Assembly (NCBI GenBank): GCA_965652295.1
Contig: CBFGTS010000013.1
Span: 51,258 to 115,257 of the forward strand
Direction of reading: 5' to 3'
DNA from: an uncultured Haloferula sp.
Lineage (GTDB): Bacteria > Verrucomicrobiota > Verrucomicrobiia > Verrucomicrobiales > Akkermansiaceae
Length of the DNA: 64,000 bases
Part shown: positions 1-10,085 of the stretch, piece after piece
How the letters are laid out: each line of letters begins with the position of its first letter
Position numbering within the stretch: the first letter of the stretch is position 1
Made by a program: the position numbers and the translations under genes
Notes under the pieces: generated by a model
The model's database searches: none
What the model saw: only the letters and a program-made list of their open reading frames with translations
Told to the model about the DNA's origin: nothing

Positions 1-68
1 AATCTCCATCAGCTGCCTGCCTTCACAGCTTGATCCAGCTTCTTGCTCCACCGGAATGCGGCGGAGAC

Positions 69-102
69 GGAGATCACGGTTGCTTCCCCCTCCGTGATCT
101 CC
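69..102 (-). terminator. hairpin immediately after pepP stop
   Basis: GGAGATCACGG (69-79) / CCGTGATCTCC (92-102) perfect 11-bp stem; U-tract weak. Confidence 0.45.
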
Positions 103-1392
103 TCAAGCGTTCATCAGTTCCTCGATCTCTTCGGCTTCGATCGGGATGTTTGCCATGAGATCGCGATTGCCCTCCGCTTCGATGAGCACGTCGTTCTCCA
201 GCCGGACGCCCAGATTCTCCTCACGGATGTAGATCCCGGGCTCGATCGTGAACACCATGCCCTCCGCGAAGGGCTCGTGCGGCGGACAGACGTCGTGGAC
301 ATCGAGCCCGAGGTGGTGGGAAGTACCGTGCATGAAGTACTTCTTCACCAGCGGCTTGTCCGGCCCCTGCTCCTTCGCCTCGCTGGCGGAAATGAGACCC
401 AGATTGACGAGTTCCGCCTCCATCAGTTCGATGACCTGCTTCTGGTATTCCATCGGCGTGTTTCCCGGCCGCAGGATCTCGTTGGCCCCGCGGAACACCC
501 GCAACACCGAGTCGTAAACCTCCCGCTGCCGCGCCGTGAACCGGCCGTTCACCGGCACCGAGCGCGTCAGGTCGGAGTTCCATCCACCATACTCCGCGGC
601 CACGTCCATCAGGACGATCTCGCCATCCTGACAAACCTTGTCGTTCTCCAGATAGTGGAGCACGCAGGCGTTCTTGCCCGTGCCGATGATCGGATTGTAG
701 GCGAACCCACGCGATCCGCGGCGCACGAACTCGTGCAGCAGCTCCGCCTCGATCTCCCACTCGCCCACGCCCGGCTTGATGAAGCCCAGCACCCGGCGGA
801 ATCCCGCTTCGGTGATGTCGCAAGCTTTCTGGATGTAGCGGATTTCCTCCGGGTCCTTGTTGATCCGCAGCCGGTGCATCAGGGGTGCCAGGCGCTCGTA
901 GTGGTGGAGAGGATAACGCGATTGGCAGCGCTTGATGAAACGGTCGTTCGCCGTTTCCACCACCACATCCGCCCGCAAATGCTCGTTGGTCGTCAGGTAG
1001 ATGTGATCCGCCTGAGGGACCAGCCGATGCAGCCACCCATCGAAGGCCGAGGTCCATTCCACCCGCTCGATTCCGGTCGCCGCCCGCGCGTCGTCCTTGC
1101 CCAGCTTTTCTCCATCCCAGATCGCGATGTGCTCGCTGGTTTCCTTCACGAAAAGGATTTCTCGCTCCTTGGGGTCGACCGCATCCGGCATCATCACCAG
1201 CACGGTCTCCTCCTGGTTCACGCCGGTCAGGTAATACAGGTCCGCGTTCTGTTTCAGCAGCAGCGTGCCATCCGCATTGGTCGGCAGGATGTCGTTGGCC
1301 AGCACGATCACGATGCTGTTCGGCTTCAGCAGTGAGCGGAGGCGCGTGCGGTTGCGGATGAAGAACTGGGGATCGATCGGGTCGTAGCGCAT
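103..1392 (-). CDS. pepP: Xaa-Pro aminopeptidase (M24B)
   Basis: AMP_N-type N-terminus; M24 metal ligands in MDVAAE..SDLTR, HGTSHHLGLDVHD, TIEPGIY, GVRLENDV. Confidence 0.9.
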   Translation of the reverse strand: MRYDPIDPQFFIRNRTRLRSLLKPNSIVIVLANDILPTNADGTLLLKQNADLYYLTGVNQEETVLVMMPDAVDPKEREILFVKETSEHIAIWDGEKLGKDDARAATGIERVEWTSAFDGWLHRLVPQADHIYLTTNEHLRADVVVETANDRFIKRCQSRYPLHHYERLAPLMHRLRINKDPEEIRYIQKACDITEAGFRRVLGFIKPGVGEWEIEAELLHEFVRRGSRGFAYNPIIGTGKNACVLHYLENDKVCQDGEIVLMDVAAEYGGWNSDLTRSVPVNGRFTARQREVYDSVLRVFRGANEILRPGNTPMEYQKQVIELMEAELVNLGLISASEAKEQGPDKPLVKKYFMHGTSHHLGLDVHDVCPPHEPFAEGMVFTIEPGIYIREENLGVRLENDVLIEAEGNRDLMANIPIEAEEIEELMNA

Positions 1393-1421
1393 GGTGGGAA
1401 AAGGGGCGTCAAAAAGGAATA

Positions 1422-2273
1422 TCAGCCACCCCGCCAGTTCAGCTTCTGGCGGAGGGCTCCGTAAAACGACCGGCCGTCCAGCCGGACCAGGTTCAGCGAT
1501 CGGGTGTCCTTGCGGATGCGAACCCGGTCGGTCGCGCCGATCTCATCGCAATCGCGGCCATCCACGGTGAAAAGCAAGGCACCTTCCTCAAGTCCGTCAG
1601 GTGCCAGTTCGATTTCGGTCGAGTCATCGATCACCAACGAGCGCTGGCTGAGCGTGTGCGGACAAATGGGGGTGATCACGAAAACGTCGGCCGCCGGGCT
1701 GATCAGCGGTCCTCCGGCGGATAGCGAGTAGGCCGTCGAGCCCGTCGGAGTCGCCACGATCAGGCCGTCCGCCCGGTAACGGTTCAGCAGGTCGCCATCC
1801 ACCGTTGCCTTCATGGAAACCAGCCGTCCCGTCTGGCCCCGGGCCAGCACCGCTTCGTTGAGCGCCAGGTATTCCTTCGTCCGGCCATCGCCCCGCACCA
1901 CCATCGCCGAGAGTAAGGTCCTCTTGCTCACATGAAACCGGCCCGACTTCAGAGCGTCACTGAATTCCTCCAGCTCGTCATCCGTGCAGCTCGTCAGGAA
2001 ACCCAGCGTGCCGATATTCACCCCGGCGATCGGGGTTTCGGTCCCGCCCAGCGTCGCCAGCGCGTGCAGCATCGTGCCGTCGCCGCCGAGAACCACGATC
2101 ACGTCGGAATTCTCTGCCAACTCCGGCCCCGCCAGACCCTCGCCTCCAACCAGCTCCGCGGTGTCCAGGTCCACCTGCGAGGCGATCCCCCTTTGCCCGA
2201 GCGCAGCAACCAAGCGTCCGTAGGCTTTGACCGCGCCGGGTTTGTGGGGATTGGCGATGATGCCGACCTTCAT
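1422..2273 (-). CDS. nadK: NAD(+) kinase
   Basis: GGDGT, GTLGFL, NE, DGLIVATPTGSTAYSLSAGGP motifs. Confidence 0.95.
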   Translation of the reverse strand: MKVGIIANPHKPGAVKAYGRLVAALGQRGIASQVDLDTAELVGGEGLAGPELAENSDVIVVLGGDGTMLHALATLGGTETPIAGVNIGTLGFLTSCTDDELEEFSDALKSGRFHVSKRTLLSAMVVRGDGRTKEYLALNEAVLARGQTGRLVSMKATVDGDLLNRYRADGLIVATPTGSTAYSLSAGGPLISPAADVFVITPICPHTLSQRSLVIDDSTEIELAPDGLEEGALLFTVDGRDCDEIGATDRVRIRKDTRSLNLVRLDGRSFYGALRQKLNWRGG

Positions 2274-2373
2274 CGCTCTTGCTCTAACCGTTCATTGGGT
2301 CGGCCGCAACGCGGTTTCGCGGGGATCTTGCGCAGCGCTGCTCGACCGTCCCCGGGGAAACCGGAACGCACGA

Positions 2374-3297
2374 TCAGTGGCCCGCCAGATACCGCTCCGC
2401 TTCCAACGCCGCGGCACAACCCTGGCCGGCCGCCGTGATCGCCTGACGGTAAACGTGATCGGCCACATCGCCGGCAGCGAAAAGACCCGGGGTCTTGGTC
2501 GCCGTCGAGCCCGGGACCTGAAGGATGTAGCCGTTTTCGTCGAGATCCACCAGTCCGTCCACGAACTGGCTGTTCGGGGTGTGGCCGATCGCCACGAACA
2601 CGCATTTCACCTCCAGCTCCTTCTCCGAACCATCGACCGTGCTCTGCAGCATCACGGCCCGCATTTCCCCGCTCTCATCGGTGAGGTATTGCGAAACCGT
2701 GCTGTTCCACACCGGTTCGATTTTCTCGTTGGCCAGGGCGCGCTCGGCCATGATTTTCGAAGCACGCAGCTCGTCTCGGCGGTGGATGAGATACACCTTG
2801 CTGGCGAAGCGGGTCAGGAAATCCGCCTCCTCGCAGGCGCTGTCTCCGCCACCGATCACGCACACCGGCACGTCGCGGTAAAAGGCGCCATCGCAGGTCG
2901 CGCAGGAGGTCAATCCGTGGCCGATGAGCTTCTCCTCGCCTTCGAGTCCCAGGTGGCGCGGCGCGGCCCCGGTGGCAATGATCACGGTCTTGGCTTCGAG
3001 GGTTTTCTCGGAGGTCTTCACCTCGAAGTGGCCGTCCGGGTGCTTCACCAGCGACTCGACCTTCGCAAACTCGATGCGCGTGCCGAATTTTTCCGCCTGC
3101 TGCTGCATGTTCATCATCAGCTGCGGGCCCATGATGCCGTCGGGGAAACCGGGGAAATTCTCGACCTCGGTGGTCGTCGTCAACTGGCCGCCCGGCTGGG
3201 TGCCGGTGAGCATGAGGGGCTCCAGATTGGCGCGTGCGGTGTAGATTGCCGCCGTGTAGCCCGCGCAGCCGGTTCCGATGATGATGACGTTTTCCAT
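2374..3297 (-). CDS. trxB: thioredoxin-disulfide reductase
   Basis: [11 protein letters not shown] fold, CATC redox motif, [20 protein letters not shown]; start placed at MENVIII (3297). Confidence 0.95.
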   Translation of the reverse strand: MENVIIIGTGCAGYTAAIYTARANLEPLMLTGTQPGGQLTTTTEVENFPGFPDGIMGPQLMMNMQQQAEKFGTRIEFAKVESLVKHPDGHFEVKTSEKTLEAKTVIIATGAAPRHLGLEGEEKLIGHGLTSCATCDGAFYRDVPVCVIGGGDSACEEADFLTRFASKVYLIHRRDELRASKIMAERALANEKIEPVWNSTVSQYLTDESGEMRAVMLQSTVDGSEKELEVKCVFVAIGHTPNSQFVDGLVDLDENGYILQVPGSTATKTPGLFAAGDVADHVYRQAITAAGQGCAAALEAERYLAGH

Positions 3298-3407
3298 GAA
3301 GTCTGTGAGTCGTTGGCGCGCGGAGTATTCCGGCGGAAAACCGCGCGGGTCAACCCCCGGCCGCTGCACCGCGTGCTTTGTGTGGAGGTGAAGAGAAGCA
3401 GGCGAAA

Positions 3408-3553
3408 CCTGTCAGTGGCATGATCGCGTGCCCCGACAAGTCGGCGGTCCCGATCATGAACGCGGATGCCGCTGGCATCTCAGGAGATCGAGAGTGGGAG
3501 GCGTGGTTCGTGCCTTCTCTTTTCATGATCGAGACGATCATGCCACTGGCAGG
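3408..3553. other. multi-stem inverted-repeat element (candidate structured RNA or miniature repeat element)
   Basis: 19-bp outer inverted repeat 3408-3426/3535-3553 (one G-U type mismatch), 10-bp inner repeat 3451-3460/3522-3531, plus internal hairpins. Confidence 0.5.
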
Positions 3554-3673
3554 GGGGCAGAGGCTCCATTTGAAATGGCAGCAGGGATGGACTCCAAAAA
3601 TGTGGGGGCGGTGGCGGGCTCCACTCGGATACCTCGCCACCGCCCCCGTCCCTCTCCTGTCTAGGAAATCAAA

Positions 3674-6600
3674 TCAGGCATCGAGCCTCAGTGCGGCTTT
3701 CTGCGCGGCGCTCTTGGCCTCGCCCTTCGGTGCGTTTTCGTCGCTCGCCGTGAGGCGCATGCCGACCGGCTTGGAAATGCCGAACTCCTCCATCGTGACG
3801 CCATACATCACGTCCGCGCGGCTCATGGTGCGCTTGGAGTGGGTCACGATGATGAACTGCGAGTTGTTGACGAAGCGATCGAGCACCTTGACGAAGCGGC
3901 CGATGTTCGACTCGTCGAGCGGCGCGTCGAGCTCGTCGAGCACGCAGAACGGGCTGGGCTTGATCATGTAGATCGAGAACAGCAGCGCCACGGCGGTCAT
4001 CGAGCGCTCGCCCCCGGAAAGCAGGGTGATCGATTGCAGCTTCTTTCCCGGCGGCTTGGCGATGACCTCGATGCCCGATTCCAGCGGGTCGCTCTCATCG
4101 ACCAGGTGCAGGTCCGCCTTGCCCTGTTCGCCGAAGAGTTCCTTGAACATGTCGCGGAAGTTCTCCTTCACCTTGGCGAAGGTTTCGCTGAAGCGGCGCT
4201 GCGTCTCCTCGTTGATCTTCTCGATCACCTGCAGCAGCTCCTCCTTCGAGTTCACGAGGTCCTCGTAGCTACTACGGACATCGTTGTGACGCTGCTCGAG
4301 TTCGTCGTATTCCTCGATCGCGTCGAGATTGACCGGGCCCATCGAATCGAGCCGGCGCTTGAGATCGCCCACGCAGGCCTCGACGAAATCCCAGTCGGGC
4401 TCGCCTTCCATCATCGGCGGCAGCTCGATCTCATCGTCGCCCGTGCCATCGACCACGGTCACGGCGGGCTCGTCGGATTCCTCGCCATCCTCCCCCGCCT
4501 CGACCACCGTCATGCGGCCACGACCGTTGTTCTTCTGCGAGGCGATGCAGGTCAGCAGCGCGTGAGCGTCCGGTTCGAAGCTGGCCAGCTCGATGTTGTG
4601 GCGCTCAAGAATGGCATTCACCAAAGCCTCGATGCGCAGCTCGATCTTGGTGAGGGCGACCTCCTCGCGCCCGCGTTGTTCGGCGGCCCGCGAGTGGCCT
4701 TTGCGGACCTCGGACAGCTCTCGCTCGGCGATATCGATGGTTTCCAGCAGCTCGTTGCGCTGGCCCATGCGCTCCTGGATGTCGGCCTCCAGATCCTCCG
4801 CCTCGCAGCGGTGCTGCTCCAGCTCTTCGGCCAGTGCGGCGTTCTCGCCGGTGGCGGCTTCGATCCGCTGCATGAAGGCACCGATTTCCGTCTCGCGGCG
4901 GACGGCGATTTCCCGCAGCTCGGAAAGCCGGGCTTCCATCGGCTGCTGCTGGGCTTCCTGGGCCTCCTTGGCGCGGCGCTCGACGGCAATCGAGGTGCGC
5001 ATCTCATTGAGCGCCTCGGCCAGTTCGGCTTCGTCGCGACGGGCGTCCTCCAACTCCCCGTTGAGGCGGGATTGATCGCTCTCGCAGGCGTGCAACCGGT
5101 CGCGGGCGGAAACCAGTTCGGCCTCCATCGAGCCCCGGCTTTCCTGGGTGGCGGCCTCGCGCTGGTCGAGATCGCCCCGCTCCCAGCGGACGTTCTCCAG
5201 TTTCGTCTCGACCGCCTCGACCTCGCGCACGGCGAGCGAGCGCTGGCCTTCGAGTGTGGAAAGCTCGACCTTGTGACGCTGCAAGCGGTCACGGGCCGTT
5301 TCATGCTCTTCCTGCAAGCGGCTCAGCTCGCCTTCGAGATGCTCGACGCGGGACTTGGCCTGGGCTTCCGCCTCGGTCAGCGCGGCGACTTCCGACTCCA
5401 AATCGCGGACCTCGTTTTGACGCTCCAGCACGGACACCGAGCCGTCGCCCGCGGTGCCACCGGAGACGACCCCTTCGGCGCCGACCCATTCACCCGCAAG
5501 CGTGGCCATGGAAACACCGGGCAAATCCTTGCGCAGCCTCAGGCCGGTGGCGAGGTCGGGCACGACGAGCACGCGCTCAAGCAGCCGCTCGACCACGCTG
5601 CGAACCTTGTCGTCGATCTTCACCCGGTCCAGCGCCCAGGCGATCGCACCGGTCGGCACGGTCTCCATCTGGGTGCCGCTGGAGGCGGAAACAAATTCGC
5701 GCGGCAGGACCTTCGCCTGGCCGAGTTTCTTCTCGGTCAGGCGGGAAATGACGGCTTCAGCCAGCGCGGCGTCTTCGACCAGCACCGCTTGCAGATGCCC
5801 GCCGAGGGCGGCCTCGATGGCCCGGGCGCACTCCTTGTCGGCATCGATGAAGCCGGCCAGCACGCCATGGATCCCGGCGGAGAAACGATCCGGTTCGCCG
5901 AGCCCTTCCAGCACCTTGCGGGTGCCTTTTTCAAAGCCCTCGCCGCTGGCGACGAGCTGGCGCAGCACGTCCAGACGCGATGACCGCTGGGCGAGCGTCT
6001 TGTGCGCCTCGGCGGCAGCGGTGCGGGCCGCATCGAGGTCGCCGCGGGCATGCTGGAACTGACGTTCGGCCTTCTGCAGGGCTTCCTCGATCTCGCCGGT
6101 GCGGCGATTGTGCTCGTCCAGCTCGGAGAGGATCTGGTCGCGCTGCATCACCATTTCCTCCATCTCGTTCTGGAGGCGCTGTTCCTCATCAGCGAGCTGG
6201 CGCGCGCGTTCGCGGCTGGTTTCGAGCTGGGCCAACGAGCTTTCGATCTTCGCCTGCATCGCGGCGATCACCGTCTGCGTTCGGTTGGCCTCAGCGCGGG
6301 ACTCGCGCTGCTGGTTTTCCAGTGTTTCCCGACGGGCGCGGGCCCCGGCGGTCCGCTCTTCCTGATTGGAAAGGGCGATCTCCATTTCCGCGATCCGGCG
6401 GGCCAAGGCCTCCAACGCCTCGTTGGCCGCCACCACGTCGAACTCCTGCTGGGCGAGCTTTTCGCGGGTCGCCTCGATCTCGGCCTTGTTCTGCTCGATC
6501 CGGCCCTCCAGCTCGGCGCGGCGTTCCTGATTGAAGGCGATCCGACCTTCGGCGCTGGCCAGTGCATTGCGGTGCTCGTTGAGCTCCTGCCGACGCTCGG

Positions 6601-7450
6601 CGAGCTGGCCTTCGAAATTCCTCGCCGCTTCGCGCGCCTCGGCCACCGCCTCCTCCTTGGGCACCATCTGCCGTTCGAGGTGGCCTTCATTGGCCTCCAG
6701 CGATCGGATCGAGGTCCGCAGCTCGGCCTCCTGAGCCGTCATTTCGACGAACTTCTTGTGACCCAGGTGCGTGTCCATGACCCGCACATCGGTCGCCAGC
6801 GTCTGGTAGCGGCGGGCCTTGGCCACCTGGCGCTTGAGCGAATTCATCCGTCGCTCCTGCTCGGCCAGCACATCGCTGACGCGCAGCAGGTTGGCCTCGG
6901 TGTAGTCCAGCTTGCGCAGCGCGTCCTTCTTCTCACGCTTGTATTTCGTGATCCCGGCGGCCTCCTCGAACACCGCGCGACGCTCTTCCGGCTTTGAGGA
7001 AAGGATCTGGTCGATCTGGCCCTGAGCCATGATCGAGTAGGCGGTGCGCCCGATCCCGGTGTCCATGAACAGGTCGTGGATGTCCTTCAGGCGGCAAAGC
7101 GTGCCGTTGATCCGGTACTCGGACTTACCGTCCCGAAACACCCGGCGGGTGATCGCCACCTCGTTGTAATCGACGCCCAGCGATTGCTCACAGTCGGCCA
7201 TGGTCAGCGTCACCTCGGCCATGCCGAGCGGCTTGCGGCGTTCCGTGCCGTTGAAGATGACATCGGCCATTTCACCGCCGCGCAGTGCCTTCGCGGAGGT
7301 CTCGCCGAGCACCCAGCGGATGGCATCGACCACGTTCGACTTCCCGCAGCCGTTCGGACCGACGATGCCGGTCACCCCTTCATGGAATTCGAATCGCGTT
7401 TTGTCCGCGAAGGACTTGAAGCCATGGATATCGAGAGATTTGAGATACAT
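3674..7450 (-). CDS. smc: chromosome segregation protein SMC
   Basis: GFKSF, Walker A GPNGCGKSN, long coiled coils with hinge, LSGGE signature, LDELDAPLD; start at MYLKSL (7450). Confidence 0.97.
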   Translation of the reverse strand: MYLKSLDIHGFKSFADKTRFEFHEGVTGIVGPNGCGKSNVVDAIRWVLGETSAKALRGGEMADVIFNGTERRKPLGMAEVTLTMADCEQSLGVDYNEVAITRRVFRDGKSEYRINGTLCRLKDIHDLFMDTGIGRTAYSIMAQGQIDQILSSKPEERRAVFEEAAGITKYKREKKDALRKLDYTEANLLRVSDVLAEQERRMNSLKRQVAKARRYQTLATDVRVMDTHLGHKKFVEMTAQEAELRTSIRSLEANEGHLERQMVPKEEAVAEAREAARNFEGQLAERRQELNEHRNALASAEGRIAFNQERRAELEGRIEQNKAEIEATREKLAQQEFDVVAANEALEALARRIAEMEIALSNQEERTAGARARRETLENQQRESRAEANRTQTVIAAMQAKIESSLAQLETSRERARQLADEEQRLQNEMEEMVMQRDQILSELDEHNRRTGEIEEALQKAERQFQHARGDLDAARTAAAEAHKTLAQRSSRLDVLRQLVASGEGFEKGTRKVLEGLGEPDRFSAGIHGVLAGFIDADKECARAIEAALGGHLQAVLVEDAALAEAVISRLTEKKLGQAKVLPREFVSASSGTQMETVPTGAIAWALDRVKIDDKVRSVVERLLERVLVVPDLATGLRLRKDLPGVSMATLAGEWVGAEGVVSGGTAGDGSVSVLERQNEVRDLESEVAALTEAEAQAKSRVEHLEGELSRLQEEHETARDRLQRHKVELSTLEGQRSLAVREVEAVETKLENVRWERGDLDQREAATQESRGSMEAELVSARDRLHACESDQSRLNGELEDARRDEAELAEALNEMRTSIAVERRAKEAQEAQQQPMEARLSELREIAVRRETEIGAFMQRIEAATGENAALAEELEQHRCEAEDLEADIQERMGQRNELLETIDIAERELSEVRKGHSRAAEQRGREEVALTKIELRIEALVNAILERHNIELASFEPDAHALLTCIASQKNNGRGRMTVVEAGEDGEESDEPAVTVVDGTGDDEIELPPMMEGEPDWDFVEACVGDLKRRLDSMGPVNLDAIEEYDELEQRHNDVRSSYEDLVNSKEELLQVIEKINEETQRRFSETFAKVKENFRDMFKELFGEQGKADLHLVDESDPLESGIEVIAKPPGKKLQSITLLSGGERSMTAVALLFSIYMIKPSPFCVLDELDAPLDESNIGRFVKVLDRFVNNSQFIIVTHSKRTMSRADVMYGVTMEEFGISKPVGMRLTASDENAPKGEAKSAAQKAALRLDA

Positions 7451-7547
7451 GCAGACAGGAGTGGGTTCGAGGTGAAACCCGGGAGGGAATCCGGGCAGCG
7501 GGCAGCGTATCGGGAAGACCGTTTCAGAAAAGCTCTGTTGGATCAAA

Positions 7548-7595
7548 ACACTATATATAGTATCCGAGAGCGCAAATTACTACCACATCCTGTGC
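7548..7595. promoter_or_regulatory. tandem NrdR-box-like sites upstream of smc
   Basis: ACACTATATATAGTAT (7548-7563) and CTACCACATCCTGTGC (7580-7595), 32 bp apart; match to the NrdR consensus acaCwAtATaTwGtg. Confidence 0.7.
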
Positions 7596-7743
7596 CAGAG
7601 AATCCTTAACCGTCCTGAACCAAATTGCCGGGCAAGCGTCAATCACTCCTCCGGCGGCGCGTCCCTCCTCCGCTGATGGTGCCCTCTCCCCGAAGGAAGG
7701 CGTGACGGTCGCCCGAGGCCGGACGACCCCACCTTTTTCGGCC

Positions 7744-8700
7744 TTATGAGGACCGGCGGCGGCGCAGGAAACCTGCGAGGCCGGCGACGGCGAGAAGGCC
7801 GATCGAAGGCTCGGGCACACCGGTGACGCGGACGTTGTCGATGAGCGTGACGTTGAGGAGCGTGTCGTTCGGATCGGTGGAAGAGCCCGAATTCGTGTCG
7901 GAGTGGCCAAACAGAATATTCGAGCCTCCCAGCGTGACGGTGGAAAGATCGACCGTGGCGAGCGGCAGGCCATCCATCGACCAGGTGGCGAACCCGCCTT
8001 CGACGAGGATTTCCACAGCGCGCCAGGCAAAGGCGTGCTCGCCGGCATCGGTCGTGCCGGTCTGGCCGGCAAAGAGCGCGGTTTGCGCCAGAGGCGCGGA
8101 GGTTCCACCGAAGCCGCTGTAGTAGGCATCGGAGCCGTTGGTGCTGGTGGCGTAATAAACCGGGTCGCCCGCCGGGTAGCTTGTCGGTGCCGCGGAGGAA
8201 TAAGCGCGGTAATCGGAGGCCGATCCGCCATCGAGGGTGACGGCAAAGAAGACACCGTCATCGGTGGCCCCGGAGCCCGCCCAGTGAGCGGTGGTTCCGG
8301 CGGTCCCGAGGCCGGCAAGTGAGAGCTGGGTGGACCCGCTGCCGCCGGGACCGAGCGGACCGACGTAGTTCGACCACATGTGGAAGCTGATGAGGTAGTC
8401 ACCCGTGAAAGACTGGCCGGTGGGCGAGACGCTGAAGCCACTGAAAACGCCGCCGGAATTGTTGGCGGTCATCTTGAGACCCACGGTGCTCCCGCTGCCG
8501 GGGGCAGAGGGCACGCCGATGGCGGAGTAGTCGTAATGAAAATCGACGCCGATGTCCGAGAGACCGGGGTTGTTGACCGTCCAATTGGCGGTGTCGTCGA
8601 TGTCGAAATCCTGCTCGAAAAGCACGGCGGCGGGAGCGGCGAGCGGGAGAAGAAGCGTGGCGGCGGCAGCCACCGGCGAGAAACGGGAGGGAGCGTTCAT
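7744..8700 (-). CDS. PEP-CTERM surface protein
   Basis: signal peptide; C-terminal VPEPS + hydrophobic helix + RRRR. Confidence 0.9.
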   Translation of the reverse strand: MNAPSRFSPVAAAATLLLPLAAPAAVLFEQDFDIDDTANWTVNNPGLSDIGVDFHYDYSAIGVPSAPGSGSTVGLKMTANNSGGVFSGFSVSPTGQSFTGDYLISFHMWSNYVGPLGPGGSGSTQLSLAGLGTAGTTAHWAGSGATDDGVFFAVTLDGGSASDYRAYSSAAPTSYPAGDPVYYATSTNGSDAYYSGFGGTSAPLAQTALFAGQTGTTDAGEHAFAWRAVEILVEGGFATWSMDGLPLATVDLSTVTLGGSNILFGHSDTNSGSSTDPNDTLLNVTLIDNVRVTGVPEPSIGLLAVAGLAGFLRRRRSS

Positions 8701-8789
8701 GAGACTGAAGGATCTGCCCCAATTCAGGACCAAAGGCAAGCCGATGAGACGATAGGATCACCCCTCCATACCGCCGGACGGCTCTGGTT

Positions 8790-9980
8790 TCAGACCCGCC
8801 TCAGCGTGAGATGGAGGATTTCCGCCGGCGCGGCGGTCCGGAGAGGAAACCAGTTGCCCGCGCCATTGCTGATGACGGCGGCTTCGCCGGTCGGCTTGCG
8901 GTACAGGCCGGACCAGTAGCGATACATCCAGGCCCCGGGACCGACCTCAGGGGTGATCATGACCTGGCCGCCGTGGGTGTGGCCTCCGAGCGTCAGCGGG
9001 ATGCCCGCCCGCGCCGCTTCGTCGAAGGCGTGCGGGTGGTGGGCGAGAAGCAGCGGAAAGGCATCGTTGCGTCGCAAGGCGGCGGTGGCGGCGATGTCCT
9101 CGGCCATCTTTCCCTCCGATCGCGCCCAGCGGATACCGAGAACATCCACCGGATGTCCGCGCAAAGTCACGGGCGCGGCGGCATTCCGCAGCAGCGGAAA
9201 TCCGGCGTCCTCCACCCCGCGGGCAAAAGCCTCGCGTCCCTCGAAGAGATCGTGGTTTCCTTCCACGAGAAAAAGGCCGTCTCGCGGATCGAGTCGGCGG
9301 ACCATGTCGAGCGCCTCGGGCAGGTCGGCCAGGGCGTGGTCGATGAGATCGCCGGTCAGCGCGACGAGATCGGCCTTGAGCCCGTTGGTCGCCTCGGCGA
9401 GGTCGGTGAGGATGCGGCCGTTGGTGAATTTGCCGACGTGGACATCGGAAACGTGGGCGATCGTGAGGCCGTCGAGATCCCGCGGCAGCCCCGGCAACGG
9501 CACCTCAAGCCGCCGGACGCGGAAGTGCCGCGTCTGAGGAATGCTGATGGCCGTGGCCCCGTAGGTCGCGATCACCGGCAGGGCCACCGCGGTGGCGGCG
9601 AGGAAGCGACGTCGATCCGGACTGGGTGCTGTGAGATCGGCGGTTTCCTCCCTCCCCCGCGAGGCGAGGTAACGACGGATTCGGACCACCGCCTGCGCCA
9701 CTCCTCCGATAACCAGCCCCGGCAGCGCCACCAGAGGCAGAAACAGCAGCCCCCACAGCAACACCGCCGCCTGAACCGCGGAGGGAACCTGCCACGGCAG
9801 GTGGCCCGAGCGGAACAGCATGATCCACAGCAAGCCGAGGAAAAGAGCGGCGGTGGCGACGGCGAAAGCGATCCGCACGGCCCTGCCCGCTTCGCGCAAA
9901 GCCCGGGTGCGGAACGCCCAGAAGAACCAGATCAGCGAAAGGACCGGAATCCCGAGCAGGATGAGAAGAAAGAACGACAT
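8790..9980 (-). CDS. membrane metallophosphoesterase (YkuE-like)
   Basis: N-terminal TM helices; SDVH, GDLID, GNHD, AHHP, GHTHGGQ motifs. Confidence 0.88.
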   Translation of the reverse strand: MSFFLLILLGIPVLSLIWFFWAFRTRALREAGRAVRIAFAVATAALFLGLLWIMLFRSGHLPWQVPSAVQAAVLLWGLLFLPLVALPGLVIGGVAQAVVRIRRYLASRGREETADLTAPSPDRRRFLAATAVALPVIATYGATAISIPQTRHFRVRRLEVPLPGLPRDLDGLTIAHVSDVHVGKFTNGRILTDLAEATNGLKADLVALTGDLIDHALADLPEALDMVRRLDPRDGLFLVEGNHDLFEGREAFARGVEDAGFPLLRNAAAPVTLRGHPVDVLGIRWARSEGKMAEDIAATAALRRNDAFPLLLAHHPHAFDEAARAGIPLTLGGHTHGGQVMITPEVGPGAWMYRYWSGLYRKPTGEAAVISNGAGNWFPLRTAAPAEILHLTLRRV

Positions 9981-10085
9981 CGACGGGCGAAGATCGCCAG
10001 ACTTTCCCCGCAGTCCAAGGAAACCTCGCACACCGGTGACGAATCCGGCATCACCCGGGAAGGCGGACCGGGCAGCTGACCGCCT

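Noticed and set aside
3839..5983. 714-aa plus-strand ORF and similar long antisense ORFs (e.g. 43-1335, 42143-43615, 59163-61406)
   Set aside because: Antisense shadows of well-supported genes, expected with high-GC codon bias; no motifs
9580..9620. Twin-arginine-like DRRRFL motif inside the metallophosphoesterase
   Set aside because: Internal position after TM helices is common in this family; not distinctive
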